Assembly: GCA_964589775.1 (NCBI GenBank)
Contig: CAZPUN010000031.1
Location: 1-28,764 of the forward strand
Direction of reading: 5' to 3'
Origin: an uncultured archaeon
Lineage (GTDB): Archaea > Asgardarchaeota > Thorarchaeia > Thorarchaeales > CAZPUN01
DNA length: 28,764 nucleotides
The notes under the pieces are model-generated. The model saw nothing but the letters and a program-made list of their open reading frames with translations, was not told the DNA's origin and did no database searches. A program made the translations under genes and the position numbers. How positions within the stretch are numbered: the first letter of the stretch is position 1; each line of letters opens with the position of its first letter. This document shows, one piece after another, positions 9,955 through 18,769 of this stretch.

Positions 9955-10455
9955 TTATTTTGATGCAACCACAAAGTATTCATCATCAATAATTGTAAAC
10001 TCAACAATTTGGAAACCAGATCGCTGTAATATTTCTCGTAATTCCTGCTCTGAAAAGTAGTGTTCAGGAACACCAGTCTGTGCCCATTCCGCCCATTCAA
10101 TCAACACAAATATACCACTTTTGCACAAGACTCTATATGCCTCATTAGATGCTTTTTGCGGATTAAATGAATGATGGAATGATTTTATTGCAAAAACCAT
10201 ATCGAAGAATTCATCATCAAATTTCAAAGATTCCATATTTCCAGAACTAAACTGAATGTTTTGAAGATCCCGCCTATTTGCTAATTCCTGTGCGTATGAG
10301 ATGCTCCAATCGGAAATGTCAATTCCAAAAAATTGCGAATCCGTATAAGATTCTGCAAGACTTAAAAGAAAGTTTCCAGACCCACAACCTATTTCTAATA
10401 TCTTATTCCGCTGCTCAATCAGTTCCATAAATTTCCTCTGAAATACATCTCTCAT
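9955..10455 (-). CDS. Class I SAM-dependent methyltransferase (UbiE/Methyltransf_11-like)
   Basis: ILEIGCGSG, GIDIS, FDMVF, SFHH, EAYRVL. Start likely ATG 10455 behind GAGGGTG. Confidence 0.88.
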   Translation of the reverse strand: MRDVFQRKFMELIEQRNKILEIGCGSGNFLLSLAESYTDSQFFGIDISDWSISYAQELANRRDLQNIQFSSGNMESLKFDDEFFDMVFAIKSFHHSFNPQKASNEAYRVLCKSGIFVLIEWAEWAQTGVPEHYFSEQELREILQRSGFQIVEFTIIDDEYFVVASK

Positions 10456-10499
10456 ATCTACTATGCACCCTCTGAAAAATTCCAAATTCTATATGAAAA

Positions 10500-11036
10500 T
10501 TATCTTATATACATGTTTAATTTATCCATAAAGTATTTGAATGATTTATTTCTCACTTTTGCAATATCAATCGAAAAATGATTTAGGATTTCGATCATAA
10601 ATGATATTCGCGAATTTTTGAATTTTTGTGGGATTATACTATTAAATTGATCTTTTTCAATGTCAAAAGAAGCATAATTATAATTAATTTTTAGTTTTTT
10701 GAATAAATCATTACTTATTCCTGAAACATACCAACTTTCAATTTCTTTTATGACAACTATCGTTTTATCTGGTTTAAGATTCTTTACTTTTTTTATTTCT
10801 TTCTTTTTTCTATGGGTAATACAAGGACTGCTATTTAAATCACAAAAATAAAAATATTCTGTAATGGGGGATTTCTCAAATTCATGTATGAATTTAATTA
10901 ACTTTTCTTTTTTCATATTTGCATATGTGATTATTTCCATTATGTAATTGTCTTTTAAATAAGGCATTATAATTTTTTCAAAAAACCGTTTATCATCATT
11001 GCCCTCAACAAAAATAAATAAAAATTTTTTATTCAA
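10500..11036 (-). CDS. TOPRIM-like protein (RloB/DUF4276-like), putative nuclease partner of the ATPase
   Basis: IFVEGNDD (TOPRIM Glu), FCDLN at the DxD position, KEIESW. Starts 3 bp after the ATPase stop. Confidence 0.65.
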   Translation of the reverse strand: MNKKFLFIFVEGNDDKRFFEKIIMPYLKDNYIMEIITYANMKKEKLIKFIHEFEKSPITEYFYFCDLNSSPCITHRKKKEIKKVKNLKPDKTIVVIKEIESWYVSGISNDLFKKLKINYNYASFDIEKDQFNSIIPQKFKNSRISFMIEILNHFSIDIAKVRNKSFKYFMDKLNMYIR

Positions 11037-11039
11037 TAT

Positions 11040-12293
11040 TTACACCTCTAGAATATTGTGAATAAAAAGTTCATCAATTCCGATATCACTTTCTAAAAAT
11101 TCTTTCAATTCTTCTCGATCGACTGGGCGATATACTTTTGAAAATCCAGAATCATCACGTGAAATTAGGATTAAGTTATCAATATTTGCATATTTTACAA
11201 ATTCGGGATTATGAGTCGTAATTAATATTTGTTTATGCTGTGATGCTTCTTTCATATAATCTGTAATTTTAGATATTAAATAAGGATGTATATTACGCTC
11301 TGGTTCTTCAAATATGAGAATACTTTTTTCCTCAAAATACAACGCGATAATTAATGTTACTATATTAATAGTTCCATCAGATAATAAAGATGCGGGTAAT
11401 AGTTCATCACTAAAATAGGTTTCTTTTATCTTTAGTAATAGAGAGCGATCCGCTATTTTTTCAACATTAATATCATCTATAAATGGAAGAATATCCTTAA
11501 TTAAATTAAACAACATTTTTCTCTTTTCATCACTCTTAAGTATTTTTCTCAATATAATAGAAATATTACTGCCATCTTCTTCTAATTCAGCTTTTCCTGA
11601 AATTGATGAAACTTTCTTAATCACTTTTGAATCAAAGTTATATATAGCAATTTTACGTAAATAATCATCAAGTGGAGTTAATAAAATTGAGAAAGGCATG
11701 CTTATTAATAACAATTTATTAAAACCTTTATCTATTGCACTATCTTTAAACTTATCATAAATACTAAGAACTGGTTCTAATAAATTATTTAATAATAATT
11801 TTTCTTTATCATATTCAACAATAATTTTCTCGTTTTTTCTCTCAATTAAAATGCTTCCTTCATTAATAATTTTATCTTTCACGAACGGTTTAATACTTTT
11901 GTATTTTATTATCTTATAATATAGGGTTATGGATTCATGAATTATTTTATAATCATTTTCATAAAATTTTAACATAAATTCATAAATAAAATCTGAAATT
12001 TCGATACCTTCTAAATTCTTAACAGGTAGTATTCCAAAAGTATGGGTTAGATAGATTTTAATTGATAATGGTTCTGAATTTTTAATTTTCATATTTTGTA
12101 AGTACTCCACACCACCTTGCATTTGGATAGCATTCTCTAAGCCATCTTGAATTATATCTCTAATAAATTGAAAAATTTGAACAAAATTAGATTTTCCGGA
12201 TGCATTAGAACCTATGATGACATTAAATTTTTTTAGATCAATACTAATATGCTTAAAACTTTTAAAATTTGAGACTTCGAGCCGTGTAATCAT
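11040..12293 (-). CDS. ABC-type ATPase (AAA_15/AAA_21-like, OLD/RecF-type N-terminus)
   Basis: MITRLEVSNFKSF, Walker A GSNASGKS, signature LSDGT, Walker B FEEPE, H-loop ITTHNP. ATG 12293 is preceded by GGAGA. Confidence 0.9.
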   Translation of the reverse strand: MITRLEVSNFKSFKHISIDLKKFNVIIGSNASGKSNFVQIFQFIRDIIQDGLENAIQMQGGVEYLQNMKIKNSEPLSIKIYLTHTFGILPVKNLEGIEISDFIYEFMLKFYENDYKIIHESITLYYKIIKYKSIKPFVKDKIINEGSILIERKNEKIIVEYDKEKLLLNNLLEPVLSIYDKFKDSAIDKGFNKLLLISMPFSILLTPLDDYLRKIAIYNFDSKVIKKVSSISGKAELEEDGSNISIILRKILKSDEKRKMLFNLIKDILPFIDDINVEKIADRSLLLKIKETYFSDELLPASLLSDGTINIVTLIIALYFEEKSILIFEEPERNIHPYLISKITDYMKEASQHKQILITTHNPEFVKYANIDNLILISRDDSGFSKVYRPVDREELKEFLESDIGIDELFIHNILEV

Positions 12294-12364
12294 TTCAAAA
12301 TCTCCGGAGATATTATTTAGATTAATTTTTAGAACATTACTTTTAAGAATAACGCTTTTGAAAG

Positions 12365-14608
12365 TCAAATAAAAGTCAATAAAGATGTTTGTTTAGTATC
12401 AGACCACACCATATTGCGTACATAACTTGGAAATAGACCATCAAGGGCTTTTTCAAGCATTTTAACATACGGTTCAGGGTCATAAACCGTGAAATCATCT
12501 AATAATTCAATAGGAGTGACACGGTCTATAGGATATTTCGCCGAATTATTAACAATCACATATTTTACTTTTTGTCCAGGGTTTAGTTTTTTGCCATATA
12601 GCAATAACTTTTTGGCAGCAATTAAGCCACGTGAAAATACTTTATAGTCATCTAAATTTCGGCTGAGACGATGTGTAATAATAAGATCCTCAATAGGAAC
12701 CTTACGACGCCTCAAATTACGGATATACAAATTTAAAATGTCTCGTGATTTACGTACGCGGTCCATAAATTCGGGCATGCTATTTGCTTTAGACATGAAT
12801 TGAATCACTTCATTTTGGAATCGTTCGATATAGTTACACGAATCATGACGTCTGGTTGCAAGTCCGCGTACTTTTACACGTCCATTTTCAAAAACACCCC
12901 AATAATGATTTATAGGTGCCAATTCATCAACAGTCATAGACGAAGGAATTACAAACCATCTATAACGCCCATTGTAATCCATCGGGATTTTTGTTTCTTC
13001 ACTAACACGTTTTGCAAAATCAAGAACTTTTTCAAGAACAAATTCATCTTTCGGTTTTATCCATACAGAATCCACAATACCATGAATAATCTCAAACCCC
13101 ATAGTTTCTGCGATTTCCTTCGTTTTTAATAATGTTTCACGTGCGAATGCAGTTACAGCCGCATGAGCCTCATAACGTCCAAAACGTGCATTTTTGAAGC
13201 CAAGATAACCGAAGCAAGATACAAGAACACCCTTTAGTGTTGTTTGAATACGATTATATTTCTGAGGAACATCAGAATACGGCATCAATTTCTTATATGC
13301 AAGCCGTTTATCGATAATTGGTTTTAATGCCATTGGTACAATACCAATTTCTTTCTTGCAAAATCGGTATGAAAGTTCGGGAACAGATGCACAATATTGA
13401 TGATTATATGGGCATTTCTCAGTAGTACAAAGAGTTTCCGGACTAATATTATTATTTATCATAATCATAGGATACATACTTGAGAAATCTAGTTCCGCAA
13501 TATTTTCATAGATACCGGGTTGTGGCTGGAAAATCAATCCACCACGATCAAGAAGATAAATATCATAAACGCTACGAAAATCCTGAAAATGAAGCTTACG
13601 TTCAGGGATCAAAATATCCTGCTTAAATGCCGTAATGTATTGGGTTGCAGCATTAATTGTACCAATAGAAGCGCGAGCTAACTTTTGCGGGGGGAGTCCA
13701 GAAATACGACTACCTTCAATAACGCCTTCATATCCAGAATCTGAATAGAAATAGCATGTGTGTTTATCAAAGTGGAGACGCCCTCGAAGATATACAGGTG
13801 GCACCCGATAAAGAACTCGATTATAAGCCCAATAAGATTTACCCTCTGATTCAGGAATCCATAATGCCGAATTATCCCGAGAGAATGAAAGTTTGACCTG
13901 ATGATAATTAGCACGCTGGAACAAATATGGAAATAAAAATGAATCACCATTATCAGTGACTATTATATCCGGGTCAAAATACTGAATTTCACGCTCAAGA
14001 CTTTTTAATATATCAACTTCATCAAAATAATCGATAACGACCTTCTCATCATTATAAATGAGTGTAACAGAATCAATTGGGTCTGAGAATTTTATAATAT
14101 GACCAGTCTTGCGCGGCTTAATGGTTAGGTAGATTTTTGATAAATGAGGCGTTTCATATTCAATAAACATACGATCATCAATATTTTTTAAATCGGTAAT
14201 TATGCCGTTTGAACCATTAAAACGAATACGCCCGAATGGAAAAACATCACCCCTAAAAAAGAACTGACTAATGGGTCCAAAATCGCAATGAAATATCTGT
14301 ACATGAGGTAGTTCTTTTAGATCCGTGCATACTTTTTTAAAATCAGCAGGTCTTATGAACACTTCCAGAACACGACTTTTCCGCTTGTGATAGAAATTTA
14401 ATTTTTTAAGCGAAATTTGAGCGCCGATAACAAGTGGATGCTCTAGAATTATACTTCGTAGTTTCTCAAGATGCCAAACATTAGAATGCACGAAAATAGA
14501 TGGATAATATTCGAAAAAATAGCCATGCATACGATTATCAAACACCCATAAGCGAAGGCAATTCTTCTTATAATCAATATTTGCATCGATTATCCAGCCT
14601 TCACTCAT
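12365..14608 (-). CDS. polB2: Family B DNA polymerase, PolB2 (Dpo2) group
   Basis: Motif A ELDFSSMYP, altered motif B KGVLVSCFGYLG, altered motif C HGIVDS (vs YGDTDS), KVRG, degenerate exonuclease domain. Confidence 0.9.
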   Translation of the reverse strand: MSEGWIIDANIDYKKNCLRLWVFDNRMHGYFFEYYPSIFVHSNVWHLEKLRSIILEHPLVIGAQISLKKLNFYHKRKSRVLEVFIRPADFKKVCTDLKELPHVQIFHCDFGPISQFFFRGDVFPFGRIRFNGSNGIITDLKNIDDRMFIEYETPHLSKIYLTIKPRKTGHIIKFSDPIDSVTLIYNDEKVVIDYFDEVDILKSLEREIQYFDPDIIVTDNGDSFLFPYLFQRANYHQVKLSFSRDNSALWIPESEGKSYWAYNRVLYRVPPVYLRGRLHFDKHTCYFYSDSGYEGVIEGSRISGLPPQKLARASIGTINAATQYITAFKQDILIPERKLHFQDFRSVYDIYLLDRGGLIFQPQPGIYENIAELDFSSMYPMIMINNNISPETLCTTEKCPYNHQYCASVPELSYRFCKKEIGIVPMALKPIIDKRLAYKKLMPYSDVPQKYNRIQTTLKGVLVSCFGYLGFKNARFGRYEAHAAVTAFARETLLKTKEIAETMGFEIIHGIVDSVWIKPKDEFVLEKVLDFAKRVSEETKIPMDYNGRYRWFVIPSSMTVDELAPINHYWGVFENGRVKVRGLATRRHDSCNYIERFQNEVIQFMSKANSMPEFMDRVRKSRDILNLYIRNLRRRKVPIEDLIITHRLSRNLDDYKVFSRGLIAAKKLLLYGKKLNPGQKVKYVIVNNSAKYPIDRVTPIELLDDFTVYDPEPYVKMLEKALDGLFPSYVRNMVWSDTKQTSLLTFI

Positions 14609-14877
14609 TTAGAAACCTCTAATAATTTCTCAAGCTCCTTAAAGCGCTTATCAAATTCGTTAATCTTCTTCTGGATTTCGAGTAACATTGAAAGAATCAT
14701 AGTAATTGAAACATCAAACGATGGAACCATAGTTCCGGCGTCACCATGGATCCGTGCATAATAAAACAATTGATCTAAAGCCTCTTGATCGATTTTTCTC
14801 AGAACGCGACGAAAATTTTTCCATGCAGCGAGCTCACTTTCAAGTCTGGAACGATATGTTTTAATTGCTCTACCCAT
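14605..14877 (-). CDS. Small PolB2-associated helical protein (arCOG07300-like)
   Basis: MGRAIKTYR...WKNFRRVLRKIDQEALDQLF pattern typical of the small gene preceding polB2. ATGA overlap with polB2. Confidence 0.8.
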   Translation of the reverse strand: MGRAIKTYRSRLESELAAWKNFRRVLRKIDQEALDQLFYYARIHGDAGTMVPSFDVSITMILSMLLEIQKKINEFDKRFKELEKLLEVSK

Positions 14878-15019
14878 TTTTGGCTCACCGCAGATTATAA
14901 ATTTAAATCATACAGTCAACCAGAAAGTTTAGATAAAAACCCCACACTTTTTCAAAAATAAAAAAAGAAATTTTGCTGCTTTAATGACTTGACATACATC
15001 TCGAATTGAAAAGCAAATC

Positions 15020-15409
15020 TTATTTTAGTAATTTTAAAATACGTATTGCAAAATGAGCAGCATTCGCACCATTATCGATACCGAAGGTAGCTACAGGAAC
15101 ACCGGGTGGCATCTGAACTGAAGATAGAAGTGCGTCCAAGCCACCTAATTTGACATCTACAGGAACAGCAAGAACCGGCTTGTCAGTTTGAGATGCAATA
15201 ACACCGGGCAATGCAGCAGAAAGCCCAGCAATCGCAATGAAAACTTTTGCATCTGTCGATTTTACATATTCACGCAACTTATCGGGATTACGATGAGCTG
15301 AAATGATCTGCACTTCATAGTTCACACCAGCTTCATCAAGTACTTTTGTTGCCTTATCGCATATATGCTGGTCAGACTTACTACCCATAACAATTGCAAC
15401 ATCAACCAT
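15020..15409 (-). CDS. purE: PurE (AIR carboxylase/N5-CAIR mutase)
   Basis: [46 protein letters not shown]. Start ATG 15409 behind GGAGG. Confidence 0.95.
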   Translation of the reverse strand: MVDVAIVMGSKSDQHICDKATKVLDEAGVNYEVQIISAHRNPDKLREYVKSTDAKVFIAIAGLSAALPGVIASQTDKPVLAVPVDVKLGGLDALLSSVQMPPGVPVATFGIDNGANAAHFAIRILKLLK

Positions 15410-15848
15410 TATTTTGTTCCTCCACTCTAATTTGTCTGGCAATTCTCGAAATTGGATGACCTTTCGCATCCAGCTTTATTTCACTAAACCATCCAAACGG
15501 CGTTCTAAAGCTTTCGAATCCACGATTACGTAGTTCTTCAGCAGTCATATCCATTATTTTTACCGCAATTTTTGGGTCCGCAAGTTCTGTAAATAGATGC
15601 GCAAATGGATGAATAACGATCTTATTAACATGAAGTTGCTTCGCAAATTTTTCGATTTCGTCTGTTGAGCGCCTAACAACTTCAGATTCATGGCCTTCAT
15701 CAACTTTTTCAACTGCCGTAAATACAATAAATGCATCTCTAATTTCAAATAATTTTCCTTCTGGAGGAACTTGCTCAACCAATGGAGATTTGCCTTTTTT
15801 CTTTAGTTTTGAAGTGAATGAATTTACATGAAATATAATAAATCTCAT
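15402..15848 (-). CDS. Free-standing archaeal-type threonyl-tRNA synthetase editing domain (DTD-like fold)
   Basis: [31 protein letters not shown]. No catalytic or anticodon-binding domain attached. Confidence 0.88.
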   Translation of the reverse strand: MRFIIFHVNSFTSKLKKKGKSPLVEQVPPEGKLFEIRDAFIVFTAVEKVDEGHESEVVRRSTDEIEKFAKQLHVNKIVIHPFAHLFTELADPKIAVKIMDMTAEELRNRGFESFRTPFGWFSEIKLDAKGHPISRIARQIRVEEQNNG

Positions 15849-16075
15849 GGTATCCACATCCTAATTCAAACAAATTAGACACACGTTAAAAATTTTTCAT
15901 ATCTATTTTGGATATTTTCAAATCTAAAAGACCATATAATATATAATTACAAAATACAGAATATAAATAAAGTTTATTTAATCTATTTACAAAAATACAT
16001 ATATAATTTAAAATTTATATACAACTAATTCATTATATTATTATAAACGCACAGCAAATCCAGGAGGGTCCTTTT

Positions 16076-16336
16076 CTGCCAGATATCCAAACAGTAATTG
16101 TAAAATGCCCAACATGTGGAGAAATAATAGAGGCAAAAGTGGATTTTGAGAGTGTAAAAGATAAGTATTTAAAGAGGGGGAAACCTATAGCATATGTAAC
16201 AAAATGTCCTAACGAACATGCATATGTCTTATATTTAGCTATAAACAATAACAAAGTATACATAAGAGATATTGAACCCGCAAGCGAAACAGAAAACATA
16301 GAAACGGAATTTCTAGAAGATCTCTTTGATGATTAG
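16076..16336 (+). CDS. Small Zn-binding protein (CPTC...CPNEH) with acidic tail, probable CTG start
   Basis: GGAGG at 16063-16067, then an in-frame CTG at 16076 giving (M)PDIQTVIVKCPTCGEIIEAKVDF...CPNEHAYVLY...EFLEDLFDD. Confidence 0.75.
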   Translation: MPDIQTVIVKCPTCGEIIEAKVDFESVKDKYLKRGKPIAYVTKCPNEHAYVLYLAINNNKVYIRDIEPASETENIETEFLEDLFDD

Positions 16337-16348
16337 GGTGGATAAAAT

Positions 16349-16879
16349 ATGATTATTAAAATGCTAATCTTAGGAAATACAGGAGTTGGAAAAACAAGTT
16401 TAGCAATCAGACTTGTAGATGGTGTTTTTCCAAATCCAGAAAAATTACTTACAACAATCGGAGTGGCATTTTATACAAAGAAGATCGATGATAGTTTATC
16501 ACTTCAAATTTGGGATTTCGGAGGACAAGAACATTTCCGTACAATGACCCAAAATTTATATTCCGGAGGGCGGATGGGCTTATTAGTGTTTGATCTAACA
16601 TCGAAATTAACTTTAGATGACCTTGAAAGCTTCTGGATTACTAATGCAAATCAACAGCTCGGTAATATACTCCCAGCAAAAAGTAAAGATGAAAGCACAT
16701 TTATTCTAGTTGCAAACAAAGTTGATATGACGGATAGTTACAAGTTTACAGACGATGAAATACAAGCTTTTGCCGATAAATACAATATAAATTGGATAAA
16801 AGTGTCAGCAAAATCAGGAGAAGGCTTAGTAGAATTGGACGAAATGATCCGAAAAATAGCTTTAAGATTTAAACAATAA
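16349..16879 (+). CDS. Rab-like small GTPase (Ras superfamily)
   Basis: G1 GNTGVGKT, G2/RabF1 TTIGVAF, G3 WDFGGQE, RabF5-like LVFDLT, G4 NKVD, G5 SAK. No C-terminal prenylation Cys. Confidence 0.93.
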   Translation: MIIKMLILGNTGVGKTSLAIRLVDGVFPNPEKLLTTIGVAFYTKKIDDSLSLQIWDFGGQEHFRTMTQNLYSGGRMGLLVFDLTSKLTLDDLESFWITNANQQLGNILPAKSKDESTFILVANKVDMTDSYKFTDDEIQAFADKYNINWIKVSAKSGEGLVELDEMIRKIALRFKQ

Positions 16880-16892
16880 AAAAGATGAAGAA

Positions 16893-17309
16893 CTAAAAAG
16901 GAAGTTCATCATCTAAATCGTCAATATTTTCTTCTTTGAATAGTTTGTCCATCAGATTATCGAAAGAGGAACTCTGATTGAGACTGTATATCTTTTTAAT
17001 TACTCCATCTGCACCCTTATTATGATAAATATTTTCTAATTCTCTAATTAATGTTTCAGATTCACGAGGAGTGCTAGCAACTACAATAATAGTAAATACA
17101 TCAAAATTCATAAAAGAGTAAGAAATGTTTTTGTTTAGCTCAATTGTAGTTCGGTCCTGCTTACTATCAGCTAAAAATGTTTTTATTGAGTCAAGTATTT
17201 CAACAACTGCAGTTTCAAATGAATGTTCTTCTGTTGTGGAGCTTTCTGAGATATCTATGATTTCAGGCTGCGACTTCTCAGGTTTGAGGATAAGTATTCG
17301 GTAAATCAA
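16893..17309 (-). CDS. Longin-like domain protein with acidic C-terminal tail
   Basis: beta-beta-alpha-beta-beta-beta-alpha pattern (MIYRILIL...EILDSIKTFLAD...TIEL...YSF...FTIIVVAS...LIRELENIY). TTG start behind GAGGTG. Fold is inferred. Confidence 0.55.
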   Translation of the reverse strand: MIYRILILKPEKSQPEIIDISESSTTEEHSFETAVVEILDSIKTFLADSKQDRTTIELNKNISYSFMNFDVFTIIVVASTPRESETLIRELENIYHNKGADGVIKKIYSLNQSSSFDNLMDKLFKEENIDDLDDELPF

Positions 17310-17311
17310 TT

Positions 17312-18685
17312 TTAAGGTTTCACCTCTTTTTTGCGTAATTCGGATAAGTACTTTCTGAAACGTGGACTGTAGTAAAGTGAAATACTACCTATACAAATAA
17401 ATATAATTGCACCAATTATCAGCATATTCAAGCGCTGCATCCATTCAACAAGATATAATGAGATAAACAATATGGGAATAATTAAACTTCGTAAAGCTTT
17501 TGTTTTCTTTCCGAGTTTGTATAATGCATATGCGGATTTTGCAAATTCAAAAACACCTACAAATAGTAGAACCAAAAGACCAATAACATAGAATAATTGT
17601 GCATCGATGTACATCTTTTGAGCATCATAAAAAATAATCGCTATTGCAGCTCCAATGTAAAATGAAATAATTGATGCACCACGACTTGGAGCCCATTTTG
17701 CTTGCTTTAGATTTAAAGCAGCTAATGCAAAGAAACCGATTAAGATTGGCACCAAGCTTTGAACTATGAATACGAGATCATCATCAATAATAGGAATAAA
17801 TACTGCTAGGTCGGGTGGAATTAGAGATGTTAATGCGTATTTTATAGAACTTATTAGAACTAGCATGGCACCGGATAATAAAGATATGGTAAGATATTTT
17901 GAGGGTTTATCTTTGCGCCTATTATATACTAACGTTAAAATATATGCATTATATAACAGTACCGCATAAAATAACAACACAGAGAATTCATAAAATGCGG
18001 ACCATAGATTTTGGTTAAATAGAGTTAAGTAAATTATTTGGGCAATAAAAATTGATTGTCCATATGTATACAACCAAATATAAAATGCACTTGTAATTGA
18101 ATAACGTCCGATAGATATAAAGAAGCTTAAATAGAGAGATGCCAAAAACACATTAAGCATAGCAAATAATGTATAGAAATTAAGTCTAATTAATATCATT
18201 CCTATGAATTGAAGAATATATGAAAATGCAACCATTAATACAATAATATGTCTTGTCTTAATTAAGAGAAATAATAAAGAAATACCAATTAGTATCATTA
18301 ACACAGTAGCAAGCGTAATAAAGAAAGGTCTTAAAAACACACCAATTAATGAAATCAATGGACTGATTAAGCCAAGATATTCAGCAATTTTTACTTTCCC
18401 AAAAAATACTAAGATTAATACAACATATAAAATATTAACAATACCTGATGTGAATCTAAGAAACTCAATATTTAGGGTATAGGGAATTAATGCAAAAACC
18501 ATATTTAGAATACCCATTGCGGATAGTGCAACATAGCTGACTTTTAAATCCAGATCTAATTCTTTAAATTTTCTCATATATGAATATATGAAGAATATTG
18601 ACGCAACAAATAGTGTTATTTCAATCAATACGTTTGCAATTAAAACAAAGTTAACTGATGACCCTAATTGCAGACTTGATCCCAC
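17312..18685 (-). CDS. Hypothetical polytopic membrane protein (about 15 TM)
   Basis: 457 aa, almost entirely hydrophobic helices with short basic loops. No transporter motif recognised. Confidence 0.8.
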   Translation of the reverse strand: MGSSLQLGSSVNFVLIANVLIEITLFVASIFFIYSYMRKFKELDLDLKVSYVALSAMGILNMVFALIPYTLNIEFLRFTSGIVNILYVVLILVFFGKVKIAEYLGLISPLISLIGVFLRPFFITLATVLMILIGISLLFLLIKTRHIIVLMVAFSYILQFIGMILIRLNFYTLFAMLNVFLASLYLSFFISIGRYSITSAFYIWLYTYGQSIFIAQIIYLTLFNQNLWSAFYEFSVLLFYAVLLYNAYILTLVYNRRKDKPSKYLTISLLSGAMLVLISSIKYALTSLIPPDLAVFIPIIDDDLVFIVQSLVPILIGFFALAALNLKQAKWAPSRGASIISFYIGAAIAIIFYDAQKMYIDAQLFYVIGLLVLLFVGVFEFAKSAYALYKLGKKTKALRSLIIPILFISLYLVEWMQRLNMLIIGAIIFICIGSISLYYSPRFRKYLSELRKKEVKP

Positions 18686-18769
18686 CTGTCCATTTGTAAT
18701 ATAAATCCTACTATAAATTTACAATTAACATATATTTAAGTTATATTGTAAAAAAAGAGAGAGAAAATT

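Noticed and set aside
12294-12368. 25-aa N-terminal extension of the ATPase from a TTG overlapping the polB2 stop
   Set aside because: The family-typical start MITRLEVSNFKS at ATG 12293 has its own GGAGA SD. Translational coupling cannot be fully excluded.
12365-14608. Casposon or viral protein-primed PolB
   Set aside because: Motifs and the small upstream partner indicate cellular PolB2. No cas1, integrase or terminal inverted repeats were seen.
15410-15469. Longer PurE N-terminus from the ORF track
   Set aside because: It overlaps the editing-domain gene. ATG 15409 has GGAGG and matches the PurE family start.
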